DNA of 64,000 nt, taken from positions 35,281 to 99,280 of the forward strand of contig CAVYBE010000008.1 in assembly GCA_963766705.1 (NCBI GenBank), in the 5' to 3' direction. Positions 54,610-63,838 of the stretch are shown piece after piece. Numbering within the stretch: the first letter of the stretch is position 1; the number at the start of each line of letters is the position of its first letter. The translations under genes were made by a program, and so were the position numbers. Source of the DNA: an uncultured Actinomycetes bacterium (GTDB lineage: Bacteria > Actinomycetota > Thermoleophilia > Solirubrobacterales > 70-9). The notes beneath the pieces were generated by a model. It was not told the origin of the DNA and did no database searches. It worked only from the letters and a program-made list of their open reading frames with translations.

Positions 54610-55764
54610 CTACCCCCGCACGCCGAGCGCGCGGAAACCGGCCCGCACCTCCTCGACGAAGAGCCCCGGCTCCTCGAAGGCGGCGAAATGGCCGCCACGC
54701 GCGACGCCGTTGTAGTAGCGGAGGTCGGGGTAGCGGGAGCGCACCATCCGTTCGGAGAGCAGCACGATCTCGCGGGGGAAGCGGGAGTAGGCGGTCGGCA
54801 CCTCGACCCGCGAGCGCCGCGCGGCGGCGAACTCCGACCGGAAGCTCTCCCAGTACATCCGCGCCGCGGACGCGCCCGACGCGGTCACCCAGTAGACCAT
54901 GACGTTGTCGAGCAGGTCGTCGCGGGAGAAGGAGTCCTCCGGGTGACCGTCGCCATCGGACCACGCGTTGAACTTCTCGACGATCCAGGCGCACTGGGCG
55001 GCCGGCGAATCGACCAGCCCGTAGCCGAGCGTCTGCGGCCTGGTCGACTGCTGGATCGCGTAGCCGTTGCCGCGCTTCCTGAACTCGCGCAGCCGGCGCA
55101 GGTACTCCGTCTCCTCGGCGGTCGGCTCGGCCACCGCCTCCTGGTCGACGATGGCGAAGTTCAGGTGGATGCCGGCGACGCTCTCCCCCGCGACGGCGAC
55201 GAGCGCGGCGGTGACGGCGGCGCCCCAGTCCCCGCCCTGGGCGAGATAGCGCTCATACCCGAGTCGCCCCATCAGCTCCTTCCAGGCGCGGGCGGTGCGC
55301 TCGACGCCCCAGCCCGTCTCGGCCGGCTTGCCGCTGAACCCGTAGCCCGGGAGCGACGGGCAGACGACGTGGAACGCGTCGGCCGCCTCGCCCCCGTAGG
55401 CGGGCGGATCGACCAGGGGGCCGATCGCGGCGAGGAACTCGACCACCGACCCGGGCCAGCCGTGGGTGATCACCAGCGGGACGGCGTCCGGGTGGGGGGA
55501 GCGGACGTGCAGGAAGTGGACGTCGAGGCCATCGATCCGGGTGCGGAACTGCGGAAAGGCGTTGAGCCGCCCGGAGACCCGGCCCATGTCGTACTCGGTC
55601 GCCCAGTACTCGCAGAGCTCCCTCGCGTAGGCCAGCGGCATCCCCTGCGACCAGTCCCCCACCGGCTCCGGCTCCGGCCAGCGGGTGTGGGCCAGGCGGG
55701 CGCGCAGATCCTCTACCTGCTCGGCGCCCACGTCCACCTGGAATGGGGTGATCTCGTTCTCCAT
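54610..55764 (-). CDS. epoxide hydrolase (N-terminal EH domain + alpha/beta fold)
   Basis: Starts at MENEITPFQV. Motifs: LRARLAHTRWPE, ITHGWPGS, AQGGDWGA. Confidence 0.85.
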   Translation of the reverse strand: MENEITPFQVDVGAEQVEDLRARLAHTRWPEPEPVGDWSQGMPLAYARELCEYWATEYDMGRVSGRLNAFPQFRTRIDGLDVHFLHVRSPHPDAVPLVITHGWPGSVVEFLAAIGPLVDPPAYGGEAADAFHVVCPSLPGYGFSGKPAETGWGVERTARAWKELMGRLGYERYLAQGGDWGAAVTAALVAVAGESVAGIHLNFAIVDQEAVAEPTAEETEYLRRLREFRKRGNGYAIQQSTRPQTLGYGLVDSPAAQCAWIVEKFNAWSDGDGHPEDSFSRDDLLDNVMVYWVTASGASAARMYWESFRSEFAAARRSRVEVPTAYSRFPREIVLLSERMVRSRYPDLRYYNGVARGGHFAAFEEPGLFVEEVRAGFRALGVRG

Positions 55765-55884
55765 CGCTCCTCCGGTTCGGGCCGGCGCCCCTCGGGCCAC
55801 GCGGCAGATCATCGCTGGGGGACGTTCTCTCTGCGCAGCGTCTCAGGCACCGAGCGATCCGCGGCCGACGCGCCCGAGGTCGGG

Positions 55885-56712
55885 ATGTGGGATCTCCAAG
55901 CTCGCGTGCGCGCCTGTAACAGCCCGGCAACGAGCCGGGCGCCGCGGACGCGTAGCGTTCCCGCCATCGCCTCCCCCCTCGACACCCCCCTCGCCGCCGA
56001 CCCCCTCCCCCTCCGCTTCAACCTCCGCGACCTCGGCGGGGTCGAGGCCGGGGACGGCCGTCGCGTTGCGCCGGGCCGCCTCTTCCGCGGCGCCGGCCTG
56101 CACCGGCTCGAGCGCGAGCACGTCGAGGCCGTCGCCCCGTTCGGGATCCGGACCGCGATCGACCTGCGCACGACCGTGGAAGTCGGCCGCGGCGGCTTCG
56201 CCGGCGAGGGCGCGACGGTCCATCACCTCCCGATCTTCGAGAGCGGCCCCGACCTCGGCGACCCGGGCGAGCGGGCGGCAGGGGTCCTCGCCGAGGCCTA
56301 CATGTGGATGCTCGACGTCGGCCCCGCCGCGATCCGCGACGTGATCGAGGTGCTCGGCAGGCCCGACACCTTCCCCGTGGTCGTCTACTGCGCGGCCGGG
56401 AAGGACCGCACCGGCATCGTCTGCGCGATCGTCCTCACCCTGGTCGGCGTCGACCGCGCCACGATCGCCGCCGACTACGCGCTCAGCGACGCCCCGGCGG
56501 CGGCGCTCCGCGAGTGGCACCTCGACAACGGGACCCCGGCGGACCAGCTCGCCGCCGCCGGCGTCTTCCGCGCCCCGCGAGAGGCGATGGAGCTGTTCCT
56601 CGCCTCGGTCGACGAGCGCTTCGGCTCGCTCGACGCCTACCTCGCGGGGATCGGCGTCGACGTCGAGGCCGCCCGCGAGCGGCTCGCCGCCGGCCTCCTC
56701 ACGACAACCTGA
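55885..56712 (+). CDS. tyrosine-protein phosphatase family protein (Y_phosphatase3-like)
   Basis: Motifs: NLRDLGG and P-loop VYCAAGKDRTG. The start codon is uncertain. Confidence 0.65.
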   Translation: MWDLQARVRACNSPATSRAPRTRSVPAIASPLDTPLAADPLPLRFNLRDLGGVEAGDGRRVAPGRLFRGAGLHRLEREHVEAVAPFGIRTAIDLRTTVEVGRGGFAGEGATVHHLPIFESGPDLGDPGERAAGVLAEAYMWMLDVGPAAIRDVIEVLGRPDTFPVVVYCAAGKDRTGIVCAIVLTLVGVDRATIAADYALSDAPAAALREWHLDNGTPADQLAAAGVFRAPREAMELFLASVDERFGSLDAYLAGIGVDVEAARERLAAGLLTTT

Positions 56713-56827
56713 GCGGGGCGCAGCAAGGCCGACCATCCGTCCTCTGCCCCGCCCTGCCGTGGAGTCGAGCTTCTAGGCTGTCGCGGCGTGGCAAGTTGGG
56801 GGCAACCGAGGGACGGAGGGCGGTTAG

Positions 56828-58234
56828 ATGGGTGACGGCAGCTATCGGGGCAACCTGCGGCCACTGCGGTTTCTGAGCACGGCCTTGGCCGCGATGGCGA
56901 TCGCGGCGGTCGTCTTCCCCGCCGCCTCCCTCGCCCGCCCCGGGTCGCTCGACCGCAGCTTCGACGGCAATGGCCGGCTGGTGATCCAGGCCACCCCGGA
57001 CACGGCCGGGGCGAACTTCGGCATCACGCGGCTACAGCCGATCCCGATGGCGAGCGCCGCCGCGCCGCACGGGGAACTCGTCGCCACCAACGGCCGCCGG
57101 GTCTTCCGCTACCGGGCCGACGGCCGGCCGAACCGTCGGTTCGGCGGCAACGGGCGCGCCGCGATCCCGACCGCGGCGGGCGAGAGCTTCCAGCTCGCCG
57201 GGATCGCGGTCGACTCCCGCGGTCGGGTGCTGGTCGCCGGCACGACCGAGCCGCAGGGGGCCGGCGGCGGGACGCGGGACCTGCGGGTCGCCGTCTACCG
57301 CTTCCTGCCGAGCGGCAAGCTCGACACCGGCTTCGGCACCGACGGCGTCGCCGGGGCGGGCCTCGGCCCGGTGGAGGCGACCGGGCTCGTCGTCGACTCC
57401 CGCGACCGCCCGGTGGTGACCGGCTTCAGCGCCCTGACTCCCTCCGCCTGCGACTCGACGCCCGTCTACCTCAACACCACCGTGGTCGCGCGACTGACCA
57501 ACCGCGGCGCGCCGGACCCGACCTTCGGCGGCGGCGGCACCTTCACCGACCCGCTCGAAGACCCCTTCCTGCCGGCGCTGCGCGCCGACGGCAGGGGCAT
57601 CGTCTACGTCAGCGCCGCCAAGACCCGGTGCGGCGGGTTCGAAGGCGCCGAAGAAGAAGCCGGCAGCCCGCCGATGGCCTCGATCCTCTCCCCGGGCGGC
57701 AGCCTCGGCAACCGCTTCCAGGTGCGGCCGGCCAACCCCGAATACTCGCTGGGGTACTACCTCGAAGCCACCTCGCTCGCCGTCGATCGCCGCAACCGGA
57801 TCGTGGTCCTGATGACGGCATACCCGCCGGAAGGCGGCGACACCATGCTCCAGGAGGTGCGCCGCTTCCTCCCCGACGGCCGCCTCGATCCCCACTGGCG
57901 CATCTGGCGCCGCACCGAATCGGGGTCGCCGATGGCGGCGGTCACGACCGACCGGCGCAACCGCGTCATCCTGGCCGGCACCGCGGCGCAGTGGGAACAC
58001 CCCTCCGGGAGGAGCGCCATCAAGGTGGAGCGCCTGAACGCCGGCGGCAGTCCGCAGACCCGGTTCGGCAAGCATGCCGTGGCCAAGGCCTGGTTCGGCA
58101 GGCGCGCCCACGCGACGGCGACCCAGGTCCACATCGACAGCCGCGGCCGCATCGTCGCCGGGGGCCCGGTCAACGCGCCCTGGCTGCCGAACGGGCACGG
58201 GATGGCCTTCGCCCGCTTCCTGTCAGAACGCTGA
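56828..58234 (+). CDS. secreted repeat protein (delta-60-type beta-propeller repeats)
   Basis: Signal LRFLSTALAAMAIAAVVFPAASLA. Repeated LD.SFDGNGR, NRRFGGNGR, LDTGFGTDG and DPTFGGGG units. Confidence 0.65.
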   Translation: MGDGSYRGNLRPLRFLSTALAAMAIAAVVFPAASLARPGSLDRSFDGNGRLVIQATPDTAGANFGITRLQPIPMASAAAPHGELVATNGRRVFRYRADGRPNRRFGGNGRAAIPTAAGESFQLAGIAVDSRGRVLVAGTTEPQGAGGGTRDLRVAVYRFLPSGKLDTGFGTDGVAGAGLGPVEATGLVVDSRDRPVVTGFSALTPSACDSTPVYLNTTVVARLTNRGAPDPTFGGGGTFTDPLEDPFLPALRADGRGIVYVSAAKTRCGGFEGAEEEAGSPPMASILSPGGSLGNRFQVRPANPEYSLGYYLEATSLAVDRRNRIVVLMTAYPPEGGDTMLQEVRRFLPDGRLDPHWRIWRRTESGSPMAAVTTDRRNRVILAGTAAQWEHPSGRSAIKVERLNAGGSPQTRFGKHAVAKAWFGRRAHATATQVHIDSRGRIVAGGPVNAPWLPNGHGMAFARFLSER

Positions 58235-58432
58235 CACTCCGAGGAAACGGGATGTTTCGAATCCATGTCTTCCGGGAAGGTTATGGAGCGCCCGGCGCAG
58301 CCGAGGGAGATGGGACGGCGGTCGGGTGAGGAGATGACGGTCGGGCGATATGCCCGGGCCGGCGCCGTGTCGGCGGTCGGTCGGGCGCAGTGCTCGTCCT
58401 CGGAGGATTCGAGCATCTAAGGGGTGAGCAGG

Positions 58433-60865
58433 ATGGATGGTTCTGTGGGTCCGGACGGAAGCGGGAAGCGTCCGAAGCGCCGACTTGGGATCGCGGCGGC
58501 GGTCCTCGCATTGCTCGGCAGCCTGGTCCTCGCCGCGTGCGGCGGCAGTGGCGGCACCACGACGACCTCCTCGAGCGCCGAAGCGAGCGGCGAAGGCTCC
58601 GCGGCCGGCATCGCCCTCGCCCCTGCCTTCACCGCCGAAGAACTCTCCGAACACGCCGGCGACAACTGGATCTCCAACGGCGGCGGCGTCACCAACGACC
58701 GCTACTCCACCCTCAGCGAAATCAACACCGAAAACGTCGCCGAACTCAAAGGCGACTACGTCACCAAGATCGGCAAGGAAGCCACCTCCGCCAAGTTCTC
58801 CGCCGAGGGCCAGGCGGTCGAGTACGAAGGCACGATCTACATCTCCGACGGCGCCGACAACGTCTACGCGATCGACGCCGGCAGCGGCGAAATCCTCTGG
58901 ACCTACGAACCGAAGCTGCCGCCCGACCCGCTCGGCGAAGTGATCTGCTGCGGTTGGGACAACCGCGGCGTCGCGCTCGGCGAAGGGATGGTCTTCGTCT
59001 CCCAGTTGAACGGCGAACAGGTCGCCCTCGACCAGGAAACCGGCCAGGTGAAATGGTCGACCCCGGTGGTCAAACCGGGCTCGGGCTACTCGATCACCTC
59101 GGCGCCGCTGTATTACAACGGCAAGGTCTACGTCGGTGGCTCCGGCGGCGAGTACGGGATCCGCGGCCGGCTCACGGCGCTCGACGCGAAGACCGGCAGC
59201 ATCGAATGGCGCTCCTACACGGTGCCCTCGCCGGAAGAACCGGAAGGCGATACGTGGCCGAACAACGGCTCCTACAAACACGGCGGCGCCGGCATCTGGA
59301 ACACGCCGACGGTCGACCCGAAGACCGAAACGCTGTTCTTCTCGACCTCCAACGCGGCGCCCGACTGGAACGGCTCCGAACGCGCGGGCGACAACAAGTG
59401 GGCCGCCTCGATCGTCGCGATGGACGCCAACACGGGAACGATCAAATGGGGCTACCAGCAGGTCCACCACGACCTCTGGGACTACGACAGCCCGAGCCCG
59501 ACCGTCCTGATGGAAGGGGAAATGAACGGCGAACAGGTCGAAGCGGTCGGCGAGCCCTCGAAGACCGGCTGGGTCTACCTGCTCGACCGCAACACCGGCA
59601 AGCCGATCTACCCGATCCCGGAGGTCAAGGTGCCCCAGGACCCGGCGAACAAGACCTCCCCGACCCAGCCCGAGCCGACGATGGAACCGTTCAGCCCGAT
59701 CGAAACCAGCCAGGAATCGGTCGAAGCGATCGAAGCGCAGGTGGCGGAAGAAAAACCCAGGCCGAAGATCGTCGGCACCAAGATCTTCGCGCCGATGTCG
59801 ACCGATCCGACGACGATGAACCTGATCCCGAACGCGGCCGTCGGCGGGGACAACTGGCCGCCGTCGTCCTACGACCCGGAAAAGAACATGTACTTCGTCA
59901 CCTCGACCGAAGGCACGCTCGGGGTGGTCGCCGAACCCGGTCACACCAAATACAAAGCGGGCGAAACCTACACCGGCGGCGAATTCGGCCCGACGACCGG
60001 GTTCAGCGCGCCCGGCTTCCTGACCGCCTACGACATGTCGACGGGCAAGATCGCCTGGCAGGACAAATTCCCCGAATCCCCGTACTCGGGCGCGGTGACC
60101 ACGGCGGGCGGCCTCGTCTTCGTCGGCCAGAACAACGGCGAACTGCAGGCCTTCGACGTGGAAACCGGCGAAAAGCTCTGGAGCTTCCAGACCGGGGCCG
60201 GCGCCAACACCACGGTGACCCCGTTCGAAGACGAAGGCGAAGAGAAAATCGCGATCTACGCGGGCGGCAACTCGCTGGCGGCGACGCCGCACGGGGAAAA
60301 CTTCTGGGTCTTCTCGCTGAAGGGCGAAATGGAACAGCTCTCCGGGACCCAGGAGGAAGCGGAAGGCACCGCCCACGCCGGCGAGGAAGAAAGCAAAGCC
60401 GAAAACGAAGGCGAAACGCCCACCGAAGAACAGCGGGAAGGCGAACCGGCGGAAGCCGAAGTCGAAGAATCGACCGGCGCGGCCGAAGCCGCATCGTCGC
60501 TCACGGTCTCGACCAAAGAACTGCCGAAACTCGGACCGGTGCTGGTCGACGGCGAAGGCAAGACCCTCTACGTCTTCGCCCCCGACAAAGGGAAAGAAGT
60601 GACCTGCACCGAAGAATGCGCCGCCGTCTGGCCGCCCCTGAAACTCGAAGCGGGCCAGAAGCCGGCCGCCTCCGGACAGGTCAAGGCCTCCCTGCTCGGC
60701 AGCGACCCCTCGCCGGAAGGCGGCGAAGTCGTCACCTACGCCGGCTGGCCGCTCTACACCTACGTCGCCGACACCAAACCGGGCGAGGCGACGGGCCAGA
60801 ACATCGAACTGAACGGCGGCTACTGGTGGGTGATCTCGCCCGCCGGCAAGGTGATCAAAAAGTAG
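58433..60865 (+). CDS. lipoprotein PQQ-dependent (quinoprotein alcohol-dehydrogenase-type) dehydrogenase fused to a Yx(FWY)xxD-motif domain
   Basis: ATG at 58433 follows aagggg (the track ORF starts at GTG 58424). Lipobox LVLAAC. Vicinal Cys pair VICCGWDNRG typical of quinoprotein ADH/MDH, then propeller repeats. An acidic linker (EEAEGTAHAGEEESKAENEGE) leads to C-terminal GKTLYVFAPD...CTEECAAVWPPL...GWPLYTYVADTKPGEATGQ (PF03640-like). Confidence 0.8.
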   Translation: MDGSVGPDGSGKRPKRRLGIAAAVLALLGSLVLAACGGSGGTTTTSSSAEASGEGSAAGIALAPAFTAEELSEHAGDNWISNGGGVTNDRYSTLSEINTENVAELKGDYVTKIGKEATSAKFSAEGQAVEYEGTIYISDGADNVYAIDAGSGEILWTYEPKLPPDPLGEVICCGWDNRGVALGEGMVFVSQLNGEQVALDQETGQVKWSTPVVKPGSGYSITSAPLYYNGKVYVGGSGGEYGIRGRLTALDAKTGSIEWRSYTVPSPEEPEGDTWPNNGSYKHGGAGIWNTPTVDPKTETLFFSTSNAAPDWNGSERAGDNKWAASIVAMDANTGTIKWGYQQVHHDLWDYDSPSPTVLMEGEMNGEQVEAVGEPSKTGWVYLLDRNTGKPIYPIPEVKVPQDPANKTSPTQPEPTMEPFSPIETSQESVEAIEAQVAEEKPRPKIVGTKIFAPMSTDPTTMNLIPNAAVGGDNWPPSSYDPEKNMYFVTSTEGTLGVVAEPGHTKYKAGETYTGGEFGPTTGFSAPGFLTAYDMSTGKIAWQDKFPESPYSGAVTTAGGLVFVGQNNGELQAFDVETGEKLWSFQTGAGANTTVTPFEDEGEEKIAIYAGGNSLAATPHGENFWVFSLKGEMEQLSGTQEEAEGTAHAGEEESKAENEGETPTEEQREGEPAEAEVEESTGAAEAASSLTVSTKELPKLGPVLVDGEGKTLYVFAPDKGKEVTCTEECAAVWPPLKLEAGQKPAASGQVKASLLGSDPSPEGGEVVTYAGWPLYTYVADTKPGEATGQNIELNGGYWWVISPAGKVIKK

Positions 60866-61009
60866 GAGCACGCCGCCCGCGGGGTCAGAGCGGAGCCTCC
60901 GCCTGGCCTGCGGCCGGCTCTCCAGAGTGATCTGGATCGCCGTCTCTCGCGTAGCCCGGCACAGGCCGGGTCAGCCGACCCGACGGACGACGAATCCAGG
61001 AGGTATGTC

Positions 61010-61675
61010 ATGTCAGAGTCAACCGAGCTGGGCGGGATCAACCGCGGCCAGTTCTTCCGCAACGCGGGCAAGGGCGGTCTGGTGCTCGCCACCAGCGGCG
61101 GCCTCTTGGCCGCGGTCGAGGGCGGCACCGCGTTCGCCAAGGGCAGCAAGAAGAGCGACATCACCACGCTGCAGGCCGCCTACACCGCGGAGAGCCTGGC
61201 GGTGGTCGTCTACGAGGCCATCCTCAAGAACTTCCACATGTTCCGGCACCCGCGGCTGGAAAATCGCGACTACTTCGTCGCGGCGCTCAAGAACGAGAAG
61301 GACCACAAGGCCTTCCTGGGCAAGGCGCTCGGCTCGAAGAAGCCGACCGGGCTCAAGTTCCACATCCCGGCAAGCGTCACCAAGACCGGTGAGTCCCTGC
61401 TGAAGACCGGCGTCGCGCTGGAGACCGCGTTCGTCGAAGCCTATCTCGGCGCCGCCGAAACGCTGAGCTCGGCGGAACTGCGCTCCGTCGCGGCGAAGGT
61501 GGCGGCCAACGAGGCGTCCCACTTCAGCTTCTTCGACGCCGCCGCGGGCGGCCACGGCGTCCTGCCGTCGTTGCCCGACTCGGCGACCATCCCGGCCACG
61601 GTCAAGAAGCTGGAACCGTTCCTCGGCGCAAGCGGGTCGAACGCCCGCTCCGGCAAGGGCTCCTTCACCGGCTGA
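61010..61675 (+). CDS. ferritin-like domain protein, probably exported
   Basis: Strong RBS aggagg. 221 aa: LQAAYTAESLAVVVYE, ALETAFVEAYLGAA, VAANEASHFSFF. Confidence 0.65.
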   Translation: MSESTELGGINRGQFFRNAGKGGLVLATSGGLLAAVEGGTAFAKGSKKSDITTLQAAYTAESLAVVVYEAILKNFHMFRHPRLENRDYFVAALKNEKDHKAFLGKALGSKKPTGLKFHIPASVTKTGESLLKTGVALETAFVEAYLGAAETLSSAELRSVAAKVAANEASHFSFFDAAAGGHGVLPSLPDSATIPATVKKLEPFLGASGSNARSGKGSFTG

Positions 61676-61727
61676 GGCCCGGCGACGGCCCGGGCAGCGT
61701 GCGCGCCGCCCGGGCCGCGGCGCCTCG

Positions 61728-62486
61728 ATGATGCGCAAGACGAGCCAACCCAGCCCGGCCGGCACCGTGACGATCTCCCCGCGCGGCCTCCTCCTCGCCG
61801 CCTCGGCGGCCGCCCTCTCGATCGCGCTGCTCTGGGCGGCCCCCGCGACGGCGGGCCGGATCGCCGCCGGGCGCACCGTGGTCGAGCTGATGGCGCCGCA
61901 CCGCGCGCTCCGCGCCCCCCGTCCGGATGCGCCGAAGCTGGCGACGCTCGCGGCGCACACGCCGCTCATCGGCGAGCGCACCACCCTGCCGGTGATCGGC
62001 CGGACGACCGACCCGCGCGGCGCGATCTGGCTCAAGGTGCTGCTGCCGGGTCGCCCCGACGGCGCGAGCGGCTGGATCTCGACCAACCGGATCTTCCTCG
62101 CCACCACCCCCTGGCACCTCTTCGTCGACCTCCGGGCGCGCAAGGTCCGGGTCTATCGGCGGGGACATCTGGTGCGCACCTTCGCGGCGGTGGTGGGCAA
62201 GCGCTCGACCCCGACCCCGACCGGCCCCTACTTCGTCGAGGAGACCCTGCGCCTGCCGGCCTCCGAGCCCGGGGGGCCGTTCGCGCTGGCGCTGAGCGCC
62301 CGCTCGCGGGTGCTGCGCCACTTCGAAGGGGGGCCGGGGCAGATTGCCATCCACGGCCGCATGGGGCTCGGTGGCAGGCTCGGCACGGCCACCTCGCACG
62401 GCTGCATCCGCCTGGCCAGAAGGTCGATCGCCTGGCTGGCGCGTCGAATCGGCCCGGGGGTGCCGGTGAGCATCGAGGGCCGCTGA
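61728..62486 (+). CDS. L,D-transpeptidase (YkuD domain)
   Basis: Signal/anchor LLLAASAAALSIALLWAAPATA. Catalytic motif IAIHG...TSHGCIRL. Confidence 0.85.
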   Translation: MMRKTSQPSPAGTVTISPRGLLLAASAAALSIALLWAAPATAGRIAAGRTVVELMAPHRALRAPRPDAPKLATLAAHTPLIGERTTLPVIGRTTDPRGAIWLKVLLPGRPDGASGWISTNRIFLATTPWHLFVDLRARKVRVYRRGHLVRTFAAVVGKRSTPTPTGPYFVEETLRLPASEPGGPFALALSARSRVLRHFEGGPGQIAIHGRMGLGGRLGTATSHGCIRLARRSIAWLARRIGPGVPVSIEGR

Positions 62487-62512
62487 TCCGGCGGCCTGCC
62501 GGGCCCAGGCCG

Positions 62513-63775
62513 ATGCGCCGGCCGCGCCGGGGCACGGATCCCGCGCGCCTATACTCCCGGCCGGTGATCGGGGTCCGACACTCCCTTGTCGCGGTTCTCA
62601 CGGCCTCGCTGCTGCTCCTCGCCCCCGCCGGGGCCGCCGCCGCGGGAACCAAGCCCGCCGACACGGCGCCGTCGGCCTGCGCGAGCCACCAGATGCGGAT
62701 CGGCGGCAGCTGCGTCGGCCGCGCCGCGGTCCGCCGCCACATCGCCACGATCGCCCGGCGCACGATGCGCCAGGCGGGCATCAAGGCAACCATCCTGCGC
62801 ATCGACACCGGCGGCCGACCGTTGCTGAGCGCGGGCTTCGGCAACTCGATGGCCGGAGTGCCCGCCACTCCCGCGATGCACTTCCGGATCGGCTCGATGG
62901 CGATCCCCTACCTGATCAACCTCCTCCTGCAGCTACAGGACGAAGGCCGCCTCTCCCTCGACGACAAGCTCTCGACGTACCTGCCCAACCTGCCGGACGC
63001 GGGCCGGATCACCCTGCGGATGCTCGCCAACAACACCTCCGGCTACGCCGACTGGATCCAGGGCAATCCGGAATTCCAGGAACAGCTGCTCGGCGGCGTC
63101 TTCAGGCAATGGACGCCGCGGGAACTGCTCGATATCGCCTTCGCCCAACCTCCCGCCTGCGCCCCGGGCGCCTGCTTCCACTACGCGCACACGAACTTCG
63201 CGGTGCTCAGCGAGGTGATCAGCAAGGTCACCGGCCAGTCGATCAGCGACCTCATGCACGAACGGGTCTTCAGGCCACTGGGGCTGCGGGCGACCGCGGT
63301 CTCCCGCTACCCGGCGATGCCCGGCTCGGTCCTCCACGCCTACAGCGGCGACCGCGGCCCCTATGAGGACTCGACCTTCTGGAGCCCGTCCTGGACGATC
63401 GGGGCCGGGACGGTGATGTCGTCGACGATCGGCGACATCGCCCGCAGCGCCCGGGCGATCGGCACCGGGGCGCTGATCTCACCCGCGTCCTACCGCCAGG
63501 AGTTCGCCCCCACGCTGGTCCGCAAGGGCTTCATGTCCAAGGGGCTCTACTACGGGCTCGGGATCGTCGTCGGGAACGGGTGGCGCTTCCAGAACCCGAT
63601 GCTGAACGGCTACACCGGGATCATGGCCTACCTGCCCGGGCGCCGGCTCTCGCTCGCCGCCGTCGCCACCGCGCAGCCGCGCGCCGCCGCCTCCGAAGTG
63701 AGCCTGGCGAACCTCCTGGCGACCCGGCTCTCGGAATACCTCACCCCGGGTCGACTCATGCCACCACCGCGCTGA
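62513..63775 (+). CDS. beta-lactamase / DD-peptidase family serine hydrolase-like protein
   Basis: 420 aa with signal region. FRIGSMAIPYLINLLLQLQDEGRLSLDDKLSTYLP aligns to the S-x-x-K helix of class C/DD-peptidases, but reads S-M-A-I. Confidence 0.7.
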   Translation: MRRPRRGTDPARLYSRPVIGVRHSLVAVLTASLLLLAPAGAAAAGTKPADTAPSACASHQMRIGGSCVGRAAVRRHIATIARRTMRQAGIKATILRIDTGGRPLLSAGFGNSMAGVPATPAMHFRIGSMAIPYLINLLLQLQDEGRLSLDDKLSTYLPNLPDAGRITLRMLANNTSGYADWIQGNPEFQEQLLGGVFRQWTPRELLDIAFAQPPACAPGACFHYAHTNFAVLSEVISKVTGQSISDLMHERVFRPLGLRATAVSRYPAMPGSVLHAYSGDRGPYEDSTFWSPSWTIGAGTVMSSTIGDIARSARAIGTGALISPASYRQEFAPTLVRKGFMSKGLYYGLGIVVGNGWRFQNPMLNGYTGIMAYLPGRRLSLAAVATAQPRAAASEVSLANLLATRLSEYLTPGRLMPPPR

Positions 63776-63838
63776 CACCGCGCCCGGGTGCCGGTCCCCC
63801 GGATGCCAGGAGGCCTGACGTGCGATGATGCCGCCCGC

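Noticed and set aside
61010-61100. Twin-arginine signal on the ferritin-like protein
   Set aside because: INRGQFFRNAGKGG resembles a Tat n-region but has only a single Arg at the motif position. I leave it as probably exported, without naming a pathway.
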